NCBI GenBank assembly: GCA_963704885.1
Contig: CAVPIB010000001.1
Coordinates: forward strand, 1-64,000
From: an uncultured Actinomycetes bacterium
Lineage (GTDB): Bacteria; Actinomycetota; UBA4738; HRBIN12
Direction: 5' to 3'
DNA length: 64,000 nt
Position 1 is the stretch's first letter; each line of letters opens with the position of its first letter. A program made the translations under genes and the position numbers. Below are positions 56,671 through 64,000 of the stretch, in pieces. The notes under the pieces were generated by a model. It ran no database searches, was not told the origin of the DNA, and saw only the letters and a program-made list of their open reading frames with translations.

Positions 56671-56758
56671 GCACCGGGCGACAGGATAGCCGTCGCCGCG
56701 GCCTCGGATGACCCGGATGGTTGTGGGACCCATGCCGCACCCGTAGGCTGTCGGCGTT

Positions 56759-57445
56759 TTGGCACAGGGCCGTCACGTTTCCTCATCCTCCCGCATCAAG
56801 CTCGCGATCCTCGCCATCGGCGGGGTCGTGGTCGTCGCCGCGGTGATCCTTGCCTTCGTACCCAACGGAGGCGGGGGTAGCGAGGGACCCTTCAAGCACG
56901 ATCCCGAGACCCCTCCGTTCGAGTTCGTGACGGCGAAGGTCCTCTCGGTCCCGACCAGTCCTGATGCCGATGAGGCCGCGTTGCAGACCAGAGCCGAGGC
57001 ACCGGCCGGCGAGGTCACCAAGGCCATGGACGCCTTGTACACCAGCGCATTCCTGGATCCGGTCAACTGGCAGGACGGCACCTACGACGACGTCTGGACC
57101 TTGTTCGATCCGGGATCGGGGACCGAGGCGCAGGCTCAGATCGAGGTCGTCACCGCGGGAACGGGCGCCGGCGCCGTCTTCGACTCGATCGTGCCGATAG
57201 GAGACTCGACCCTCAGCGCGAAGGTCCTGTTCGATCCCCAGGACGAGCCCTACTCCGTGATCGCGATCGTGAGGTTCAAGGCCAGGGGCAGCGGCCTGGA
57301 CGGCCAGGACGTCGAGATCATGAGCAGCGGGCAGTACGTGTTCCAGAGGGTCGATGGCTCGTGGAAGGTGGTCTCTTTCAAGGTGTTGCGAGACGACGAG
57401 ATGCGGGTGCGTCGCTCTCCGAGCCCGTCCGGGAGTTCGGTGTGA
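56759..57445 (+). CDS. Hypothetical membrane-anchored secreted protein
   Basis: N-terminal TM helix. The stop overlaps the LCP start (GTGA). Confidence 0.65.
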   Translation: MAQGRHVSSSSRIKLAILAIGGVVVVAAVILAFVPNGGGGSEGPFKHDPETPPFEFVTAKVLSVPTSPDADEAALQTRAEAPAGEVTKAMDALYTSAFLDPVNWQDGTYDDVWTLFDPGSGTEAQAQIEVVTAGTGAGAVFDSIVPIGDSTLSAKVLFDPQDEPYSVIAIVRFKARGSGLDGQDVEIMSSGQYVFQRVDGSWKVVSFKVLRDDEMRVRRSPSPSGSSV

Positions 57446-58392
57446 GCGTACGGCGACGAGCGATGATCGCCGTCTCCGTGCTGGTGGCGTGGGTGGCCGG
57501 TTCCGCCTTGGGTGCGCTCGGTGGCGTGGCCCCGGCCGCCGCTCAGACGGGGATCGTGATCGGCAAGGCTCACGCCGGATACGCGCCCTCGCTCACCGGC
57601 AGCGAACCGATCGTGCTCCTGGTGGTGGGCAGCGGCGCCCGCCTGGGCGACGACGTGACCCACTCGCTCGCCGATTCGATCCACGTGCTGACGATCAACC
57701 CCGACAACCACAAGGCGACGATCATCGGCATCCCGCGCGATTCTTGGGTCGAGATCCCGGGCTACGGCAGCAGCAAGATCAACGCGTCGATGGTGGACGG
57801 CGGTCCCGACGTGTTGATCCAGACGGTCGAGAGCCTGTCCGGCCTCACCATCGACTACTACGCGCTCACCACCTTCTGGGGCGTGTCTCAGCTATACGAC
57901 AACCTCGGCGGTCTAACGATGGACGTTCCGTTCGCCATGCAGGACTCGTACTCGGGTTCGGACTTCGAGCCGGGGGTGCAGACGCTCGACGGCAAGCAGG
58001 TGCTGGCGTTCACTCGCGACCGGCACAGCCTGTCGGGCGGGGACTTCGCGCGCTCGGAGAACGGCGGCCGAGTGCTGCTCGCGTCGCTCGCGGAGTTCCG
58101 CCGTGAGTTCCAAGTGGATCAGAGCGCGCTGTTCGCCTGGATCGCGTCGGGCATGCGCAACGTTGAGACGTCGGTGCCGTTCGACGAGGTCGTGGCGCTC
58201 GCCTACACGGCCTCGCACATCAACCCGAAGGGCGTGACCAACGTCGTGCTCCCCGGATCGACCGGGTTCCAAGGAACGCTCTCCGTAGTGTTCCTCTCCC
58301 AGGAGAAGGACGTGATCTTCGCCGACGTGAAGGGCGACGGACTCCTGTTGAGGAAGAACATCCCACCGAGCCCTACGGAGAACGAGAGCTAG
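57442..58392 (+). CDS. LCP (LytR-CpsA-Psr) family glycopolymer transferase
   Basis: ADSI, IGIPRD, KINA, IDYY, LAFTRDR, GDFAR. Confidence 0.92.
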   Translation: MSVRRRAMIAVSVLVAWVAGSALGALGGVAPAAAQTGIVIGKAHAGYAPSLTGSEPIVLLVVGSGARLGDDVTHSLADSIHVLTINPDNHKATIIGIPRDSWVEIPGYGSSKINASMVDGGPDVLIQTVESLSGLTIDYYALTTFWGVSQLYDNLGGLTMDVPFAMQDSYSGSDFEPGVQTLDGKQVLAFTRDRHSLSGGDFARSENGGRVLLASLAEFRREFQVDQSALFAWIASGMRNVETSVPFDEVVALAYTASHINPKGVTNVVLPGSTGFQGTLSVVFLSQEKDVIFADVKGDGLLLRKNIPPSPTENES

Positions 58393-58473
58393 TCGCGCCT
58401 CAGGTCGATCCGCTCCGAGCCAAAGACGAGTCAGCCCAGGACTCAGCAACCGGCTGAGGAGTACGGTGACGTA

Positions 58474-59415
58474 GTGACGAACCCCATGTCCAAGCGGCTA
58501 CTTTGGGCCGGCCTCGCACTTGGGCTGATCGTGACTTACGGGGTGGTGGGTTACGTGGTGCTCGAGCGGTGGTCGTTCTTGGACGCGCTCTACATGACGA
58601 CGATCGCGCTAACGACGGTGGGGTTCGAGGAGGCAAGGCCGCTCGACGCGAGCGGCCGCATCTTCACGATCACGCTCGTCGTGCTGGGGGTGGGCCTTGC
58701 CCTGATCACGGTCACGTTGATCGCGGCCCTTATCGTCGAAGGTGAGCTGGGAGCCGGACGTAGGAGGAGGCGCATGGACCGAAGGATCGAGGAGCTCCGC
58801 GACCATTTCATCGTTTGCGCATACGGTCGCGTGGGTCGCGCCGCAGCTCGTGAGTTGGATGCGATGCACGTTCCGTTCATCGTGATCGAGCGGCTAGAAG
58901 ATCTTCGAGTAAGACTCGAAACCGACGGGGTCCTCTACATGATCGAAGACCCCAGCCTGGAGCCGGTGCTCCGCCGTGCGGGGGTCGACCGAGCACGCGG
59001 CCTCGTTTGTGCGGTGGACTCTGACGCGACGAACGTCTACATCACACTGATGGCTCGATCTCTGAACCCGGATCTCCTGATCGTCGCTCGGGCGAGCGAG
59101 CCGGGGTCACCAGAGCGCTTGCAGCGGGCGGGCGCGGAGCGCGTCGTCTCACCGTTCACGACCAGCGGCCGGCACATGGCGCGCATGGTCGTCGACCCCG
59201 GCCTGGTCGACGTACTCGAGCTTGGATCGCAGACACGATTCATAGACGTCGAAGAACGCGCCATCGAAAGGGGTTCGGATCTAGAGGGCCACACGGTCGC
59301 CGATGCACCGGGCCCCGTGCTCGCGATCCATCACGCGGACGGCGCCGTGACACCCATGCCCGAGCTAACGGCGACGCTCTCCAACGGAGACGTGATCCTG
59401 TTGCTACGAAGCTGA
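58474..59415 (+). CDS. Potassium channel protein (2TM pore plus RCK domain)
   Basis: Pore helix and filter DALYMT..LTTVGF. RCK domain IVCAYGRVG. Confidence 0.9.
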   Translation: MTNPMSKRLLWAGLALGLIVTYGVVGYVVLERWSFLDALYMTTIALTTVGFEEARPLDASGRIFTITLVVLGVGLALITVTLIAALIVEGELGAGRRRRRMDRRIEELRDHFIVCAYGRVGRAAARELDAMHVPFIVIERLEDLRVRLETDGVLYMIEDPSLEPVLRRAGVDRARGLVCAVDSDATNVYITLMARSLNPDLLIVARASEPGSPERLQRAGAERVVSPFTTSGRHMARMVVDPGLVDVLELGSQTRFIDVEERAIERGSDLEGHTVADAPGPVLAIHHADGAVTPMPELTATLSNGDVILLLRS

Positions 59416-59455
59416 CGCCGTCGCATGGATAGTCCCACCTGCTCTGCTACGGTGA

Positions 59456-59556
59456 CCGGTCGAAGGGGAGTAGTCCGACAGAGGCCCGCCGTCAGCACGG
59501 TCGCGCGACGCGACCCGGCGACCTCCCGCGGCGGCGGGGACGAGACCTTCGGCCGG
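59456..59556 (+). ncRNA. yybP-ykoY (Mn2+) riboswitch
   Basis: P1 CCGGTCGAAGG / CCTTCGGCCGG. Signature segments GGGGAGTAG, CGTCAGCACG and CGAGACCTT. Confidence 0.88.
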
Positions 59557-59573
59557 AAGGCTGGAGGCTTGGG

Positions 59574-60926
59574 CTGAAGACGAGCGACGATCTCATCGAC
59601 GTCCATCCGCGTCGCCAGGTGCTGGTACTGGCAGCCGCGGTGGCGGTGACCGTTCCCGGACTGACGCTGGCCGTGTCTAACGCCTCACTCCCTCACCCGG
59701 TCCAGGCACTCGTCTTCGGGCTCGGCATCGTAGGCTCGGCGTTCATCCTGTCGTGGGCGGCTGAGGCGGCTCAGCTCGACGTCTCCGCGGGTCTGGCCAT
59801 AGCGATCCTGGCGCTGATCGCGGTGCTGCCGGAGTACGCCGTGGACTTCGTTTTCGCATGGCAGGGAGGGAAATCGTTCGAGGCGACCGGCCCCGCCTGT
59901 CTGCCGATCCAGGGAACGGGAACGGAATCTCCCTGCTCCTTGGCGCTCGCGAACATGACCGGGGCGAACCGTCTGTTGATCGGGATCGGTTGGACCATGG
60001 TCGTGTTCATCGCCTGGCACCGGCTCCGCAAGCGCGACGGTAAGGCCGCGACCAAGCGATGGGAGGGCGTCAGGCTCGACCGCGAACACTCGATCGAGTT
60101 GGCGTATCTGGCCGCTGCGACGATCTACTCGCTCACGCTCCCGCTGAAGCACTCGATCACCCCGTTGGACGCCGTCGTGTTGGTCACGATCTTCGTGCTG
60201 TACACGATCCGCGTGTCCCGCGCCCCCGCGGAAGAGCCGCACCTGGTAGGGCCCGCTCGCTACCTGGGGACGTTCTCCACCGTCGGCCGGCGCACCTCCC
60301 TCGTGGTGATGTTCCTGTTCGCCGGCGGCGTGATCCTCGCCTGCGCCGAACCGTTCGCCCATGCCCTGGTCGAGACCGGAGCCGACGTGGGGATCAGCGA
60401 GTTCTTCCTGGTCCAGTGGCTCGCCCCGTTGGCCTCGGAGGCGCCCGAGCTGCTGGTGGCCGGTCTGTACGCGTGGCGACTCAACACGAACGCGGGTCTG
60501 GGGACCCTCGTCTCGTCGAAGGTGAACCAATGGACCTTGCTGGTCGGAACACTCCCGATCGTGTTCTCGATCGCCGCGGGCGGGCTGCACGGGCTGCCGA
60601 TCGACGCGGTGCAGAGAGAGGAGCTGCTCCTCACCGCCGCGCAGTCGTTCTTCGCGGTCGCGGTCTTGTCGAACCTATCGATGTCGCTCAAGGAGGCCTG
60701 GCTCTTGTTCGGCCTCTTCTGGGCACAGTTCGTCCTTGGCGCGGTCGTCCCGGAGTCCCTCCACGGAGCGGAGCGGATAACCGTGTCCTTCGTCTACATG
60801 GTGCTCGGGCTCCGGATCTTCCTGGGGGACCGGCGGCGGATGCCTCGGTTGCTCCGGGACGGGTTCCGCGCGCCGTTCGCGGAGCTTGCGGCGGCCGACG
60901 ACCAGCCGGAGGACGCGCCCGGCTAG
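59574..60926 (+). CDS. CaCA (Na+/Ca2+ exchanger) family cation antiporter; start is CTG 59574 or GTG 59619
   Basis: Alpha-repeats AVLPEY..ANMTGAN and LASEAPE..SSKVNQ. About 11 TM segments. Confidence 0.88.
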   Translation: MKTSDDLIDVHPRRQVLVLAAAVAVTVPGLTLAVSNASLPHPVQALVFGLGIVGSAFILSWAAEAAQLDVSAGLAIAILALIAVLPEYAVDFVFAWQGGKSFEATGPACLPIQGTGTESPCSLALANMTGANRLLIGIGWTMVVFIAWHRLRKRDGKAATKRWEGVRLDREHSIELAYLAAATIYSLTLPLKHSITPLDAVVLVTIFVLYTIRVSRAPAEEPHLVGPARYLGTFSTVGRRTSLVVMFLFAGGVILACAEPFAHALVETGADVGISEFFLVQWLAPLASEAPELLVAGLYAWRLNTNAGLGTLVSSKVNQWTLLVGTLPIVFSIAAGGLHGLPIDAVQREELLLTAAQSFFAVAVLSNLSMSLKEAWLLFGLFWAQFVLGAVVPESLHGAERITVSFVYMVLGLRIFLGDRRRMPRLLRDGFRAPFAELAAADDQPEDAPG

Positions 60927-60936
60927 CATCGCGCCC

Positions 60937-63216
60937 GTGGATCCCCGAGAGTTCCTAGCCTCGATCACGGCCGACGAGGATGCCGCGCGCTCGCTCGTCC
61001 ACGTCCGCGAGTTGCCGGCCCGACGTCCTCAGATCTCGCCGTTCCCCAGCTGGATCCCGCCGCTCGTGCGAGATCGGGTGGAGATGGTGGGTGTACGCGG
61101 CCTCTATCCGCACCAGGCGGACGGCCTCGAGGTCCTGGCCGCCGACCGGAACCTGATCATGGCCACGGGCACCGCCAGCGGGAAGACGCTCGTGTACAAC
61201 CTGGCGTTCGCGGCCGAGGCCGTGGAACGTCCGACATCGACCGCGCTCTATCTGTTCCCCACGAAAGCGCTCGCGAGGGACCAGCTCCGGGCGGTGCGCG
61301 CTCTGAAGATCCCGCAGGTGAAGGCCGCGGTCTACGACGGCGACACCCCGCGAGCCGAACGTCCGCTGATACGCAAGAACGCGAACCTGGTCATGACCAA
61401 CCCCGACATGCTGCACCTGGCACTCCTGGCCGACCACGCCCGGTGGGCCGACTTCTTCTTCCGCCTGTCGCTCGTGGTGGTGGATGAGGCGCACGTGTGC
61501 CGCGGCGTGTTCGGCTCGCATGTCGCGATGGCTCTGCGACGACTCAGGCGCACGGTGGCTCACTACGGAGGATCCCCGCGGTGGATGCTCGCGAGCGCCA
61601 CGATCGGCAACCCGGCTGAGCTCGCCAACCGCTTGACCGGTCTCGAGTTCCGGGAGGTCACCGACGATGCCTCGCCGTCGGGTGAGAAGACGTTCGCGCT
61701 GTGGAATCCGCCGATCGTGGACGAGGACTCGGGCGCTCGTCGCAGCGCGCTCTCCGAGGCGTCGGGGATCATGTCGCGACTGGTCCAGGCCGGGGTCCGC
61801 ACGATCGGCTTCACCCGGTCCCGGCGCGGCGCGGAGCTGCTGGCGGAGTTCGCACGACGCGACGTGGGCGATGCACAGCTGCGCGAACAGATCAAGTCCT
61901 ACCGCGCCGGCTACCTCGCCGAGGACCGGCGCCGGATCGAGCGACAGCTCGCGGACGGCGAGCTGCTGGCCATCGCCTCCACCAGCGCGCTCGAGCTGGG
62001 CATCGACATCGGCTCGCTCGACGCCGCGGTGCTCACCGGCTACCCGGGCACGCGCGCGTCGATGTGGCAGCAGGCCGGGAGGGCGGGCCGGCGCGACACC
62101 GATTCGCTCGCCGTGTTGGTAGCCCAGGACGACCCGCTCGACCAGTACCTCGTGCATCACCCGGAGGATCTGTTCGACAAGCCGGCCGAGGCCGCGGTTA
62201 TCGATCCGACGAACCCCTACGTGTTGGAGCCGCACCTGCGGTGCGCGGCCCGTGAGATCCCGCTCCGGGACAGCGAGCTAGCGTTCTTCGGTGAGGCCGA
62301 GGACGTGACGGCCGCCGTGGAGCGGATGACGGATCGCGGAGAGCTGGTGCGGCGCAGGGAGTCCTGGCATGATCGCGGTCGGGACGATCCGCATCGCTCC
62401 GTCGACATCCGGGCCGGAGCGGGCCACATCTACTCGATCGTGATCGGCGACACCGGCGAGCTGCTCGGCACGGCAGACGAGCATCGCGCCTACAACACCC
62501 TGCACCCTGGTGCCGTCTACCTGCATCAAGGCGACCAGTACCTGGTGCGCGAACTGGACCTGGTCTCGCGTGTGGCGGTCGTGGACGAGGCCGACCCCGA
62601 CTTCTACACGCAGTCACGTGATATCACCGACATCGAGGTCGTCGACGTCTCCGAGGGCGGGACGACCGGCGACGCAGCGGCGCTCTTCGGCACCGTGCGC
62701 GTCACCAACCAGGTCGTGAGCTACGTGAAGAAGCTTGTGTCGACCAACGACGTGGTCGACGAGATCCCGCTCCCGCTCCCGCCCCAGCACCTGGAGACGA
62801 AGGCGGTGTGGTGGACGATCCCGCAGACGGTGATCGATCGCGCAGCGGTCTCGCACCGCGCACTCCCCGGCGCCGTCCACGCTGCTGAGCACGCCGCGAT
62901 CGGCTTGCTGCCGCTCGTGGCGACCTGCGACCGGTGGGACGTAGGTGGCGTGTCCACGCCTCTTCACCCCGATACCGGGTTGTGCACGATCTTCATCTAC
63001 GACGGATACCCGGGTGGGGCGGGGATCGCCGAGCGCGGGTTCCACACGGCGGAGCGGTGGCTCCTGGCAACACTGGAGGCGATCCGTCAGTGCCCGTGCT
63101 CCCGGGGATGCCCGTCGTGCGTGCAGTCACCGAAGTGCGGGAACGGCAACGAGCCACTCGACAAGCAAGGCGCCGCCGCCCTGCTGGCCGCCATCCTGGG
63201 CGAACGCTGGGGCTGA
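60937..63216 (+). CDS. DEAD/DEAH-box helicase with C-terminal DUF1998 Zn domain (YprA/Hrq1-like)
   Basis: TGTASGKT, PTKAL, DEAH, SAT, QQAGRAGR, CPC..GCPSCVQSPKC. Confidence 0.93.
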   Translation: MDPREFLASITADEDAARSLVHVRELPARRPQISPFPSWIPPLVRDRVEMVGVRGLYPHQADGLEVLAADRNLIMATGTASGKTLVYNLAFAAEAVERPTSTALYLFPTKALARDQLRAVRALKIPQVKAAVYDGDTPRAERPLIRKNANLVMTNPDMLHLALLADHARWADFFFRLSLVVVDEAHVCRGVFGSHVAMALRRLRRTVAHYGGSPRWMLASATIGNPAELANRLTGLEFREVTDDASPSGEKTFALWNPPIVDEDSGARRSALSEASGIMSRLVQAGVRTIGFTRSRRGAELLAEFARRDVGDAQLREQIKSYRAGYLAEDRRRIERQLADGELLAIASTSALELGIDIGSLDAAVLTGYPGTRASMWQQAGRAGRRDTDSLAVLVAQDDPLDQYLVHHPEDLFDKPAEAAVIDPTNPYVLEPHLRCAAREIPLRDSELAFFGEAEDVTAAVERMTDRGELVRRRESWHDRGRDDPHRSVDIRAGAGHIYSIVIGDTGELLGTADEHRAYNTLHPGAVYLHQGDQYLVRELDLVSRVAVVDEADPDFYTQSRDITDIEVVDVSEGGTTGDAAALFGTVRVTNQVVSYVKKLVSTNDVVDEIPLPLPPQHLETKAVWWTIPQTVIDRAAVSHRALPGAVHAAEHAAIGLLPLVATCDRWDVGGVSTPLHPDTGLCTIFIYDGYPGGAGIAERGFHTAERWLLATLEAIRQCPCSRGCPSCVQSPKCGNGNEPLDKQGAAALLAAILGERWG

Positions 63217-63240
63217 GCCCGGCCCGTTCGCCGGATCCCG

Positions 63241-63774
63241 TCAGCGGCGGAGAGCCTCCAGCGCACGCCGAGCCTGCGCGATGTGGAACCGATCGTGCCC
63301 GGCGATCATGCGGAACGCCAGGTCGTAGCTCTCGGGGCCGCGCTCGCCGTGGATCCCCACCCGCTGCCGGAGCTCCGCCGGGGTGCGCTGCCAGAGCGTG
63401 ACGTTGGCCAAGCGGAGCGCGTCGAACAGCTCGAGCAATCCCTCGGTATCGGTCTCGCCCGCGTGGAGCCGGTCGACCCACAGGTCCTGGTCGTAGCCGA
63501 TCAGCGGCGGCTCATCGTGGGCCAGCACCCACCGGTACCGCCCCGACATCACGATCTCGGCGTCCACGATGTGGGCCATGCACTCCAGCGCCGACCATTC
63601 GCCGGCCTCTGGGCGAAGCGACAGGTGCGGCCCGGCCTCACCCGCCTGCTGGCGGAGCGTGGCGGGCGTCGCGGCCTGCACGGCCGCGGGATCATCCTCG
63701 CCGAGCCATCCGAGCAGGTGTTCCTGGTATCCCTTCGGATCGCTGACCGGATCCGGTGACTTCTTCTCGTCCAT
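63241..63774 (-). CDS. DinB family protein
   Basis: GEWSALECMAHIVDAE, YDQD, AGHDRFHIAQ. GGAGG RBS. Confidence 0.88.
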   Translation of the reverse strand: MDEKKSPDPVSDPKGYQEHLLGWLGEDDPAAVQAATPATLRQQAGEAGPHLSLRPEAGEWSALECMAHIVDAEIVMSGRYRWVLAHDEPPLIGYDQDLWVDRLHAGETDTEGLLELFDALRLANVTLWQRTPAELRQRVGIHGERGPESYDLAFRMIAGHDRFHIAQARRALEALRR

Positions 63775-63827
63775 ATCGGTGGCCTCCTATCGATCACGAT
63801 AGCCGGGGTTCCTGTTAGACCCATCGA

Positions 63828-63998
63828 TCATCGGCTGATGTGGGCGATCCGCAGGACAGCCGCCCTCTCCCCCGGCTTCAACCCGATCGCGACCAGGGCG
63901 AGGACGTAGACGGCACACCCGACGATGGACGAGATCACCAGGTCGGCGAACCACTTCTCCGGTGGAAGCACCGTATGAGTGATCCATATGGCCAGCCC
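63828..63998 (-). CDS. C-terminus of a membrane protein cut by the window edge (possibly an oligosaccharide flippase)
   Basis: Frame reads GLAIWITHTVLPPEKWFADLVISSIVGCAVYVLALVAIGLKPGERAAVLRIAHISR*. Confidence 0.5.
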   Translation of the reverse strand, partial: GLAIWITHTVLPPEKWFADLVISSIVGCAVYVLALVAIGLKPGERAAVLRIAHISR

Positions 63999-64000
63999 GC

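Noticed and set aside
60937-63216. DUF1998 helicase as part of an anti-phage system (DISARM/Druantia-like)
   Set aside because: No methylase, nuclease or partner genes are nearby. It matches the housekeeping YprA-like helicase found near topA/hppA in actinobacteria.

Overview
High-GC bacterial chromosome segment with actinobacterial core gene order: clpC-lysS-coaX-panC-fol operon-ftsH-hpt-tilS, tRNA-Thr(CGT), holB-MFS/tmk-topA, hppA and a DUF1998 helicase. A deep-branching Actinomycetota lineage is inferred from the zinc-ribbon TopA tail and the lack of lsr2 between lysS and clpC. About ten genes, including essential lysS and holB, carry single-base frameshifts that are best explained as uncorrected long-read indels. 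Main observations: (1) a 21-nt element, GCCGGGAAG-m-C-k-GGTCGGCAG (19/21 identical), lies in the predicted 5' leaders of both nhaA and a KimA-like transporter and is a candidate cation-responsive riboregulator. (2) A ~15-kb signalling island between tRNA-Thr and holB holds a REC-LuxR-HTH-adenylyl cyclase fusion, its NarL paralog, three paralogous membrane GAF histidine kinases, a USP-ABC1/UbiB kinase fusion, a USP and a stand-alone receiver. Three of its promoter regions share a GTGGTGC-NN-GCACCAC palindrome. (3) A 333-aa LAGLIDADG intein is inserted at the Zn-ligand Cys of FolE. (4) Two proteins share a Zn-ribbon/linker/TM N-terminal cassette but have unrelated ectodomains. (5) A yybP-ykoY (Mn2+) riboswitch precedes a CaCA-family exchanger within an ion-homeostasis cluster. 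All calls come from reading motifs by eye; no database searches were run.
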